A stretch of DNA of 64,000 nt from Candidatus Giovannonibacteria bacterium RIFOXYD1_FULL_48_21 (lineage in GTDB: Bacteria > Patescibacteriota > Minisyncoccia > JACPKW01 > UBA11713). The notes beneath the pieces are model-generated. The model was not told the DNA's origin, searched no databases, and saw only the letters and a list, made by a program, of their open reading frames with translations. Location: contig MFIU01000004.1 of NCBI GenBank assembly GCA_001778985.1, forward strand, positions 67,067 through 131,066. Reading direction: 5' to 3'. Of this stretch, positions 17,944 through 25,637 are shown piece after piece. Each line of letters opens with the position of its first letter. Positions within the stretch are counted from its first letter, which is position 1. The position numbers and the translations under genes are program-made.

Positions 17944-18562
17944 GGAACTGTCTCCCGTACTCTTTGGGCCAGCAACAGGACCGGAACGCGTCGTATACGA
18001 GGTTCGGCGCGGAGAGGTGGACAAAAATACAAAAATCCGCTACGATACCACTACTATCTTCCCAGGCCTGTTGGGCCGGGAGCTCCCGAAGACCTTCGGC
18101 CACTACCACAAAGGGGTAGATTTTCCGGAACTCTACGTGGTACTGGAGGGCCGAGCCTGGTATCTAATCCAGCGGCCACAGAAAGCCAACCCGAAAATCA
18201 TCGAAGAAGTCTACCTCATAGAAGCGAAAGAAAATGAAAAAACCATAATACCGCCGGGGTTTGGACATGTCAGCATCAATCCTGAAAATAAAAAATTAAT
18301 CCTGGGCAACTGGATAGGAACTGGATTTGAATACGACTATCAAACGTACGAAAACTTGCGCGGAGCCTGCTACTATCTTTTGGAATCTAAGGGCAGACAG
18401 TCTGTAAATTTCGAAAAAAATTCATATTATGAAAAAATGCCAGAATTGGCAAAAGTACGTCCGCGAGAATTTCCAAAAGAATTGGAAAATTTGGAATTTC
18501 TAACAAAACCGGAAAAATATCTAGAAATTTTGACCATCGAAAATTGCTTCAAAAGAATGTAA
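17912..18562 (+). CDS. cupin-type glucose-6-phosphate isomerase (archaeal cPGI-like)
   Basis: 'FGHYHKGVDFPELYVVLEG' and 'IIPPGFGHVSINP' match the metal-binding G-H-x-H...E-x-Y / PPGxxHxxxN motifs of the Pyrococcus-type cupin phosphoglucose isomerase. Confidence 0.6.
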   Translation: MSGKSFTRTIKELSPVLFGPATGPERVVYEVRRGEVDKNTKIRYDTTTIFPGLLGRELPKTFGHYHKGVDFPELYVVLEGRAWYLIQRPQKANPKIIEEVYLIEAKENEKTIIPPGFGHVSINPENKKLILGNWIGTGFEYDYQTYENLRGACYYLLESKGRQSVNFEKNSYYEKMPELAKVRPREFPKELENLEFLTKPEKYLEILTIENCFKRM

Positions 18563-18566
18563 CCTG

Positions 18567-18650
18567 GCCGCGGTGGCGGAACTGGTAGACGCACTAGCTT
18601 CAGGAGCTAGCGTTCGCAAGGACATGGGAGTTCGAATCTCCCCCGCGGCA
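18567..18650 (+). tRNA. tRNA-Leu(CAG), CCA not encoded
   Basis: Acceptor GCCGCGG/CCGCGGC, anticodon stem CTAGC/GCTAG with loop TTCAGGA, a long variable arm and T-arm GGGAG-TTCGAAT-CTCCC. Confidence 0.85.
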
Positions 18651-18652
18651 CT

Positions 18653-20350
18653 ATGACACCAACCAAACAAATCAAAAGAAAAGGGGATTTGAATTTGCGG
18701 TTCATTCCCCTTGGCGGCTGCGGAGAGGTAACCCGTTCCTGCTACGTCTACGAGTACGGGGACGACATCGTGATTATCGACATGGGGCTGCAATTCCCGG
18801 AAGAGGATATGCCGGGGATAGATTACATTATTCCCAATATTGAATACCTGCGGCCCAAAAAGAAAAATATCAGGGGAATAATCATCACCCACGGGCACTT
18901 AGACCACATCGGAGCAATCCCCCATCTCCTGGAACCGTTGGGTTACCCGGTGCTCTATACCATGCCCCTAACCCGCGGCATGATTTTGAAACGCCAGGAT
19001 GATTTTAAGGATTACGCCAAGCCGAAAGTCCAAACTATTGACGAGAATTCTAAGCTGAAACTGGGAGCTTTTGACATAGAATTTTTACACGTGAATCATA
19101 ATATTCCCGACTCTCTGGGCGTGGTGCTGAAAACCCCGGCCGGCACCGTGGTTCACACCGGCGACTGGAAATTTGACCACACTCCGGTAAATGAAAAGCC
19201 CGCGGACATGGCGCGCCTGAAAAGCCTCGGCGAGGCCGGAGTTTTGCTCCTGGTCTCGGATTCCACCGGAGCTAAAGACGCCGGCCGCACCATCTCCGAA
19301 TCCGAAATCCAAAAAAATCTCGAAGAAATTTTTCAGAAAGCGGACGGGCGCATTATTGCCGCGACTTTCTCCTCGCTCTTGACCAGAGTCCAGCAGTTAA
19401 TCTGGCTTTCCGAGCAATACGGAAGAAAGGTGCTGATTGAAGGCTATTCCATGAAGTCTAACGTGGCGGTGGCGCAGGAACTCGGCTATCTCAAAGTCCA
19501 GAAAGGAACATTCATCACCAAAGAAGAGTTTTCAAAACTTCCCCTGAATCAGGTAACCGTGATTTGCACCGGCGCGCAGGGCGAAGACCGGGCCGTACTG
19601 ATGCGGATTGCCAACGGAGAACACAAATACATTCAAGTGGACCCGAAAGATTCCATTTTATTTTCCTCGTCCGTGATTCCGGGAAACGAAGCCTCGGTCC
19701 AGCGCTTGAAAGACATTCTCTACAAAAAGGCGGGGAAAATTTACCACTCCGAGTCCATGGACATCCACGCCTCCGGGCACGCCAAAGGAGAAGACCTGAA
19801 AGATATGGTTCGCCTCATCAAGCCAAAATATTTCATACCCATGCACGGGAATTACTTTATGCTGCGCCTGCACGCTGAACTCGCCATGGAAGCCGGGGTA
19901 AAGCCGGCTCACGCCGCCATCGCCGAGGACGGCGAGATAATGGAGATGAGCGCCGAGCGCATCCATAAATTAAAAGAAAAAGCGCCTTCCAACTACATCA
20001 TGGTGGACGGGCTCGGCGTTGGAGATGTCAAAGAGGTGGTGCTCCGCGACCGCCAGATGCTTTCGGAAGACGGCATTTTCGTCATTATCGCCGTCGTGGA
20101 CTCCGCTTCCGGAAAGGTGAAGGGCTCGCCGGACATTATCTCCCGCGGTTTCGTGTATCTTCGTGAATCCAAAGAACTCCTCTCACAGGCGCGGCATGTG
20201 ATACGAAAAGTCATCGAAGAGGCCACGGCCGAAATGCACCCCATCAACTGGACTTTCCTCCGAAACGAGCTTCGCGAAGAGCTCGGCAAATTCCTTTTCC
20301 GCAAAACCGAACGCCGCCCAATGGTCCTGCCGGTGATAATCGAGGTCTAA
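18653..20350 (+). CDS. rnj: ribonuclease J (metallo-beta-lactamase / beta-CASP RNase)
   Basis: 'IITHGHLDHIGAIPHL' MBL motif, beta-CASP motifs, 565 aa. Starts 3 nt after the tRNA-Leu gene. Confidence 0.85.
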   Translation: MTPTKQIKRKGDLNLRFIPLGGCGEVTRSCYVYEYGDDIVIIDMGLQFPEEDMPGIDYIIPNIEYLRPKKKNIRGIIITHGHLDHIGAIPHLLEPLGYPVLYTMPLTRGMILKRQDDFKDYAKPKVQTIDENSKLKLGAFDIEFLHVNHNIPDSLGVVLKTPAGTVVHTGDWKFDHTPVNEKPADMARLKSLGEAGVLLLVSDSTGAKDAGRTISESEIQKNLEEIFQKADGRIIAATFSSLLTRVQQLIWLSEQYGRKVLIEGYSMKSNVAVAQELGYLKVQKGTFITKEEFSKLPLNQVTVICTGAQGEDRAVLMRIANGEHKYIQVDPKDSILFSSSVIPGNEASVQRLKDILYKKAGKIYHSESMDIHASGHAKGEDLKDMVRLIKPKYFIPMHGNYFMLRLHAELAMEAGVKPAHAAIAEDGEIMEMSAERIHKLKEKAPSNYIMVDGLGVGDVKEVVLRDRQMLSEDGIFVIIAVVDSASGKVKGSPDIISRGFVYLRESKELLSQARHVIRKVIEEATAEMHPINWTFLRNELREELGKFLFRKTERRPMVLPVIIEV

Positions 20351-20368
20351 ATCTGCTACAATAAAAAA

Positions 20369-21358
20369 ATGGCGAAAGAAATCGTAGTAAGCGGGGTGCG
20401 GCCGACCGGAGAGCTGCATCTTGGAAATTATCTCGGAGCGATAAAACAATTCGTAGAGCTTCAGGACAAATATAAAACTTTTTTCTTTATCGCTGACTTG
20501 CATGCCATCACCGAACCGCAAGACCCAAAAAAATTAGGAAGGCAGATTCTCGAAGTCGCGGCTTTGTACCTCGCCTGCGGGCTTGACCCAAAAAAAACAA
20601 CTCTCTTCATCCAGTCGCAAATCTCCGAACATCTCGAACTCTCTCATATCCTCGGAACGCTCACTCCGGTAGGCGAGCTGAATCGGATGACCCAATATAA
20701 GGAAAAAATTCAAGAAGGCCAGCCTGCGAATTTTGGTCTTTTTGCCTATCCGGTCTTAATGGCGGCGGATATTTTAGTTTACAATGCTGACGCGGTTCCG
20801 GTGGGCGAAGACCAAAGACAACATCTGGAATTCGCGAGAACCATCGCCCGAAAATTTAACTCCCGCTATGGGAAAATGTTCAGGGAGCCGAAAGCTCTGA
20901 CCCAGAAAACCGGAGCGCGCCTCATGGGCCTCGACGACCCTTCCAAAAAAATGTCCAAATCAGCGAAAAGTCCAGACAACTATATCGGGCTTCTGGATAA
21001 CTCTGACGAAATCCGGAGAAAAATTAGAGTCGCCGTGACTGACTCCGGACGCGAGATTAAATACGACTCGGACCGAAAACCGGCGATATCGAACCTACTT
21101 TCTATTTATAGTCTCATCGCCAACTTCCCTATTCCGGAGCTAGAAAAAAAATATAAGGACCGAGGCTACGCCGAGTTTAAAAAAGACCTGGGAGAAGTTC
21201 TAGTTCAAAAGCTCTCCTCCATCCAGAAACAATATCGGGCGCTCGCGAAAAACCAGCAAAAAATTAAAAAAATCCTCGAAGACGGGGCAAAAGAGGCAAG
21301 AAAAACGGCCGGGAAAACTATGTCCGAAGTCCGCCGCAAAATCGGATTTCTCGGCTAA
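20369..21358 (+). CDS. trpS: tryptophan--tRNA ligase
   Basis: 329 aa class I aaRS with HIGH-like 'GELHLGNY' and 'KMSKS'. Confidence 0.9.
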   Translation: MAKEIVVSGVRPTGELHLGNYLGAIKQFVELQDKYKTFFFIADLHAITEPQDPKKLGRQILEVAALYLACGLDPKKTTLFIQSQISEHLELSHILGTLTPVGELNRMTQYKEKIQEGQPANFGLFAYPVLMAADILVYNADAVPVGEDQRQHLEFARTIARKFNSRYGKMFREPKALTQKTGARLMGLDDPSKKMSKSAKSPDNYIGLLDNSDEIRRKIRVAVTDSGREIKYDSDRKPAISNLLSIYSLIANFPIPELEKKYKDRGYAEFKKDLGEVLVQKLSSIQKQYRALAKNQQKIKKILEDGAKEARKTAGKTMSEVRRKIGFLG

Positions 21359-21381
21359 GCCCCGCTAAGCGGGGCTAATCA
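21359..21381. terminator. bidirectional hairpin terminator (AGCCCCGC-taa-GCGGGGCT)
   Basis: A perfect 8 bp GC-rich stem between the convergent trpS and phosphoglucomutase genes. Confidence 0.5.
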
Positions 21382-22751
21382 ATCTTCGCCCCTTTCCCAA
21401 AAAGAAAAGCCAAAAGCTCGTCTTTTTTCTCGTGAAAAATTTCTTTGCTTCGGGCTTCAATTACCAAACGTAACAAATCTTCGGTGTTGGACTGCCGGAG
21501 ATTGAACCACCAGAAAGGATATTCCACCGTCAGGCCGTCTAAATAGTTCCTGGCTCCGTCTTTATATTTTTCGGATAGCTCCGAAATGATCAGGTCATGC
21601 CGCGCGGCGATAAGATTTATGTCTCCGGATTGAAAATAGCGGCGAAAGGGCTTTAACAATTCGGAAAGGGCGGCTTCGCTTCTGGAGAGAATTTCAAGCA
21701 CTTTCAAAGCGGCCCAGAGGGCGGAGTCAGAGTAAAAGAATTCTTTGAAAAAAAAGTGCCCCGAAAGTTCGCCTCCCAACAAAGCGTCCTCTTCCCGCAT
21801 AAGTTCTTGAATAAAGGACCTTCCCACTCTGCTTTTCAAAAGACGCATCCCTTTATCTTCGGCTTCATCCTTTAGCGCTCGGGAAGCGCGCAGGTCCGCC
21901 ACCAGCGTATCGCCGGGCTTCGCGAAATTCGAGGCGAGGAGCCACAAAATCGCGTCGGCCCGCGCCGCCTCACCCTTTTCATCAAGAACGACGAGTCTAT
22001 CCCCGTCCGGGTCAAAAATAAAAGCGACCTCGGCCTTCGTTTTTAAAACTTCCTCCCGGGCCTTGGCCTGGGCCGACTGAGAAAGAGGGTCCGGTTTTCT
22101 GACCGAAAGACGCGGGTCTGGTTTCAAAAAAAGGCACTCACTTTTCAAATTTAACTTTTCAAGAACTTTCGGCAGAATCAACCCCATAGTTCCGCCGCCG
22201 GTGTCGAAAATCGCGTTTATTTTTCTTCCGAGAGAAGCATGAGAAACGACAAACTCAGCGTAATTTTTACCAAAATCCTCAAACCTGCGGCCGCCCCTGG
22301 GGCCGGCGTAAGGCTTAAGGCCGGCCTCAATAATATTCTTAATGTCTTTAAGCCCGGTTCTTTCGCTCAAAGCCCGGGTTCCTTCGTAAAGTTTCAGCCC
22401 GTTATACTGAATGGAATTATGCGAAGCCGTTATCATGATGCCGCCGTCGGCCTCGCTCTGATTTAAGGCGAAAAGAAAAAGAGGAACATCAACGACCCCC
22501 ACTTCCAAAACATCTAGTCCCCTCTCCAAAACCTTACTCTTGACCATTTCCCTGATTTCCGGAGAGGTATAGCGAACGTCCTCGCCCAAGAGACAGAGAT
22601 TCCCTTTATCGTGGGAGTGAAGATATTCAACAAAGCCTGAAGCAATGAGCTCGACGGTATTGTGGTCGAGCTCCTGGGGATAAAGCCCCCGAATGTCGTA
22701 AGCCTTGAAAACTTTGGGGTTAAGCGCTTTGAGTTTAAGTTTCACATCCAT
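21375..22751 (-). CDS. phosphoglucomutase/phosphomannomutase family protein
   Basis: 'ITASHNSIQYNGLKL' phospho-Ser active-site loop and four-domain PGM/PMM length. Confidence 0.8.
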   Translation of the reverse strand: MDVKLKLKALNPKVFKAYDIRGLYPQELDHNTVELIASGFVEYLHSHDKGNLCLLGEDVRYTSPEIREMVKSKVLERGLDVLEVGVVDVPLFLFALNQSEADGGIMITASHNSIQYNGLKLYEGTRALSERTGLKDIKNIIEAGLKPYAGPRGGRRFEDFGKNYAEFVVSHASLGRKINAIFDTGGGTMGLILPKVLEKLNLKSECLFLKPDPRLSVRKPDPLSQSAQAKAREEVLKTKAEVAFIFDPDGDRLVVLDEKGEAARADAILWLLASNFAKPGDTLVADLRASRALKDEAEDKGMRLLKSRVGRSFIQELMREEDALLGGELSGHFFFKEFFYSDSALWAALKVLEILSRSEAALSELLKPFRRYFQSGDINLIAARHDLIISELSEKYKDGARNYLDGLTVEYPFWWFNLRQSNTEDLLRLVIEARSKEIFHEKKDELLAFLFGKGAKID

Positions 22752-22764
22752 TAGTCTTAATTAT

Positions 22765-22877
22765 ATGAACCCCGTTAGAAAATCTCCAGATGTTTGAAAC
22801 TTCTAAAATAATTTTTTCCTTGTTAAAAAGTCTATCCAGGGCAGATAGACCCGGCTTAGATTTTCTAACGGGGTGAA
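22765..22877 (+). mobile_element. MITE-like inverted-repeat element (copy 1), inserted at the ychF start codon
   Basis: Perfect 16 bp terminal inverted repeats CCCCGTTAGAAAATCT (22770-22785) and AGATTTTCTAACGGGG (22858-22873) enclosing a 72 nt AT-rich core. They are flanked by the direct repeat TGAA (ATGAA at 22765-22769 and GTGAA at 22873-22877). Removing the element restores ATGAAAATCGGA = M-K-I-G. Confidence 0.7.
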
Positions 22878-23832
22878 AATCGGAATCGTCGGACTACCCA
22901 ACGTCGGAAAATCCACGCTCTTCCAGGCTTTGACAAAAAAAGAAGTGGATTGCTCCAACTATCCTTTCGCCACCATCGACCCCAACGTCGGGGTGGTTCA
23001 GGTGCCGGATTTACGGCTTGCCAAGCTGTCGAGCCTCTCAAATTCCCAAAAAACCATTCCCGCCATAATAGAGTTCGTGGACATCGCCGGGCTCGTGAAA
23101 GGCGCGGCTGAAGGCGAAGGCCTCGGAAACAAATTCCTCGCTCACATCCGCGACGTGGACGCCATCGTGGAGGTGGTAAGAGTTTTTGAAGACGAAAGCG
23201 TCGTTCACGTTGACGGACGGCCGAATCCGGAAAGGGACATCGCCGTGCTTGAGACGGAACTCATCCTAAAAGATATGGAAAGCATCGAAAAAGCATTGGA
23301 GAAGGCCGCTAAAGACGCGAAAACCGGAGACAAAAAAACACTCCTCCGCCTCGAAGAGCTCAAAAAACTTCAAACGGAACTCGCGAGCGGCAAAAAGGCC
23401 TGGGAAGGCGCGGAAAATCTTCTGACCGCGAAGCCCATCCTTTATTGCTTCAACTCTCAAGAGGAAAATCAGGCCTTGAAGGAAAAATTCCCCAACTCCG
23501 TTTTTCTTAATCTAAAAAAGGAATTAGAAGAAGAGGAAAAACTTCCAGAACTCGCTCGCGAAGCTTACCGGCTCCTCGGGTTGATAACCTTTTTCACGAC
23601 CGGAGAAGATGAGACCAGAGCTTGGACTATTCCCAAAGGTTCCAAGGCGCCGCGGGCCGGGCGCGCCATCCACGGCGATTTTGAAGAAAAATTCATAAAA
23701 GCGAGTGTTATCTCCTATGAAAAACTGGTCGAGGCCGGAAGCCTCGCGAAGGCGCGCGAAGCCGGCTGGCTTCGCACCGAAGGCAAGGAATATCTCGTCC
23801 AAGACGGCGACGTGATTGAATTTAAAATCTAG
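22873..23832 (+). CDS. ychF: ribosome-binding ATPase YchF (Obg-family GTPase)
   Basis: 'IGIVGLPNVGKSTLF' G1 motif and the C-terminal TGS domain. It now starts with GTG formed at the element/target-duplication junction. Confidence 0.9.
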   Translation: MKIGIVGLPNVGKSTLFQALTKKEVDCSNYPFATIDPNVGVVQVPDLRLAKLSSLSNSQKTIPAIIEFVDIAGLVKGAAEGEGLGNKFLAHIRDVDAIVEVVRVFEDESVVHVDGRPNPERDIAVLETELILKDMESIEKALEKAAKDAKTGDKKTLLRLEELKKLQTELASGKKAWEGAENLLTAKPILYCFNSQEENQALKEKFPNSVFLNLKKELEEEEKLPELAREAYRLLGLITFFTTGEDETRAWTIPKGSKAPRAGRAIHGDFEEKFIKASVISYEKLVEAGSLAKAREAGWLRTEGKEYLVQDGDVIEFKI

Positions 23833-23834
23833 CC

Positions 23835-24251
23835 GTGTTAAGATTGTCCGATATGGAACCGAAATTATACGAACTCGCCTATCTCCTCCGCAATGAACCG
23901 GAAGAAGCGCTGAAGCCGATACTCGAGAAAATCAGAGAATACATCGAGAAAAAAAATGGCCGGAGTTTAGAAGGAGTAAGCTTGAGCCGAAGACGTTTTT
24001 CCTATCCTATCCGCAAAGAAAACGAAGGCTTTTTCGGGCATCTTAAATTTTTTATAAAAGCCGAGGACCTGGCGGAACTGGAGGAAATTTTGAAGCGGGA
24101 AAAAAGCATCCTGCGCTATCTGCTGACGAAAATAAAAAGATTGGAAGCTGAAGTCCGGCCGCAGGTGCGGAGAATAAGAAAGCCGGTCGAGAAAAAAGCG
24201 GTAGACCTCGCGGAAATTGACAAAAAGCTGGAAGAAATCCTAGGCAGCTGA
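23835..24251 (+). CDS. rpsF: 30S ribosomal protein S6
   Basis: 'YELAYLL...RRRFSYPIRK' pattern parallel to S6, followed by ssb and rpsR in the canonical rpsF-ssb-rpsR order. Confidence 0.65.
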   Translation: MLRLSDMEPKLYELAYLLRNEPEEALKPILEKIREYIEKKNGRSLEGVSLSRRRFSYPIRKENEGFFGHLKFFIKAEDLAELEEILKREKSILRYLLTKIKRLEAEVRPQVRRIRKPVEKKAVDLAEIDKKLEEILGS

Positions 24252-24263
24252 TAAGCTAAAACT

Positions 24264-24375
24264 ATGAATCCCGTTAGAAAATCTAGAAACTTTTCCATAG
24301 TCAAAAAGAGTGTTTTAATTTTAAAAAACTGGCTCAGGTCGGGTCGGTTTATTATAGATTTTCTAACGGGATGAA
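24264..24375 (+). mobile_element. MITE-like inverted-repeat element (copy 2), inserted at the ssb start codon
   Basis: Terminal inverted repeats TCCCGTTAGAAAATCT (24269-24284) and AGATTTTCTAACGGGA (24356-24371), a 71 nt AT-rich core and the flanking direct repeat ATGAA (24264-24268 and 24371-24375). It has the same orientation as copy 1 and the same internal GAAACTT motif. Confidence 0.7.
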
Positions 24376-24820
24376 CTTAAATAAAGCGTTTTTAATCGGC
24401 AACCTGACGCGCGACCCGGAGCTCCGGACTTTGCCCTCCGGACAACCGGTGGCTTCTTTCGGACTGGCCACGAACCGCGTCTTTACTCGGGATGGGAAAC
24501 AGGAAAGACAGGCTGAATTTCATAATATCGTGGCCTTCGGACGCCTCGCCGAAATTGCCTCGCAGTATCTCTCCAAAGGCAAAATGGCCTTGGTGGAAGG
24601 AAGACTCGTTACCAGGAACTGGGAGGCTAAAGATGGGACAAAACGAAATCGCACCGAGATAATCGCGGAGCGGCTGCAATTGGGCCCTCGACTAGCCCCG
24701 CCTGCCGGACGGGCAGGTCAGACTGAAGCCCCCCCAGAAGAACCGAAGCGAAGCGAGGAAAAGCTGGACACCATCGAATACCCGTCAGAAGAAATCAACC
24801 CAGATGAAATCCCTTTCTAA
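24371..24820 (+). CDS. ssb: single-stranded DNA-binding protein
   Basis: OB-fold N-terminus 'MNLNKAFLIGNLTRDPELR', an acidic C-terminal tail ending '...DEIPF', located between rpsF and rpsR. Confidence 0.9.
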   Translation: MNLNKAFLIGNLTRDPELRTLPSGQPVASFGLATNRVFTRDGKQERQAEFHNIVAFGRLAEIASQYLSKGKMALVEGRLVTRNWEAKDGTKRNRTEIIAERLQLGPRLAPPAGRAGQTEAPPEEPKRSEEKLDTIEYPSEEINPDEIPF

Positions 24821-25022
24821 GCAGTGTTTCTTTTGCACTTCCAATATCCAGGCGCTAGACTACAAAGACACTGAAAACTTAAAGCGTTTTCTAGACCCTC
24901 TATCCCGCATCCTTCCCAAAAGGCGAAGCGGGCTTTGCGCCGGGCACCAAAGAGAATTCGGCCGCAACGTAAAGAAAGCGCGCGCCCTGGGGCTCCTGCC
25001 TTATCGGCCGCTCGCCAAATAA
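24804..25022 (+). CDS. rpsR: 30S ribosomal protein S18
   Basis: 'DYKDTENLKRFL...ILPKRRSGLCAGHQREFGRNVKKARALGLLPY' matches the S18 core. Confidence 0.85.
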   Translation: MKSLSKQCFFCTSNIQALDYKDTENLKRFLDPLSRILPKRRSGLCAGHQREFGRNVKKARALGLLPYRPLAK

Positions 25023-25585
25023 GACGCCAGGGCGGCTTTCAGAGTCGGGTCGCCGGGATTTTTACGAAGCCCCTCTTCCAAAATATCGTCGGCGAGTTCG
25101 GCCTTTTCTTTATATTGATAGCGGTAAAGTTCGTGAAGATTCATATAGCCCGCGATGTAGCCGGGGTAAAGTTCAACGGCTTTCCGCAGATTTTGCTCCG
25201 CCTTGGGAAAATCGCGAAGGTAGAATTGATAGAGGTCGCCAAGATTGGAGTAAGGAATATGACTTTCAGGGATTAGCCTCGACGCCTCTTCCCAGACCTT
25301 AACGGCGCCGGCGTAATCTTTATTATTTTTCTTCGAAATCCCGAGGAAAAGCAGGTCTTCAAAAGAAAGCTGGGGCTCGGGTTGTGGTTCGGGTTTGGGT
25401 TCTGGTTCAGGGGAAGATAAACTTCCGCTTGGAAGCTTAGCTTCTTCGGGAACTTCTGGAAGTTTCGTGAAATCTTTAAAGATAACAAAGCCCAGAACAC
25501 CCAAGGCCACGACAGCCAAAGATGAAATAGATATCAAGATTAAGTTTGGTTTCATAATCCAGCTATTGTAACAAATTTTCCCCAA
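25001..25585 (-). CDS. membrane-anchored tetratricopeptide-repeat protein
   Basis: An N-terminal TM helix, a Pro/Glu-rich linker and TPR-like helical repeats. Confidence 0.5.
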   Translation of the reverse strand: MGKICYNSWIMKPNLILISISSLAVVALGVLGFVIFKDFTKLPEVPEEAKLPSGSLSSPEPEPKPEPQPEPQLSFEDLLFLGISKKNNKDYAGAVKVWEEASRLIPESHIPYSNLGDLYQFYLRDFPKAEQNLRKAVELYPGYIAGYMNLHELYRYQYKEKAELADDILEEGLRKNPGDPTLKAALASYLASGR

Positions 25586-25592
25586 AAACCAA

Positions 25593-25616
25593 CCCCGCCG
25601 TTAGGCGGGGTTGGCT
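25593..25616 (-). terminator. hairpin terminator CCAACCCCGCC-gtta-GGCGGGGTTGG downstream of the large surface-protein gene
   Basis: A perfect 10-11 bp GC stem with a 4-nt loop. Confidence 0.5.
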
Positions 25617-25637
25617 AGTTCACAAGGATAAACTATT

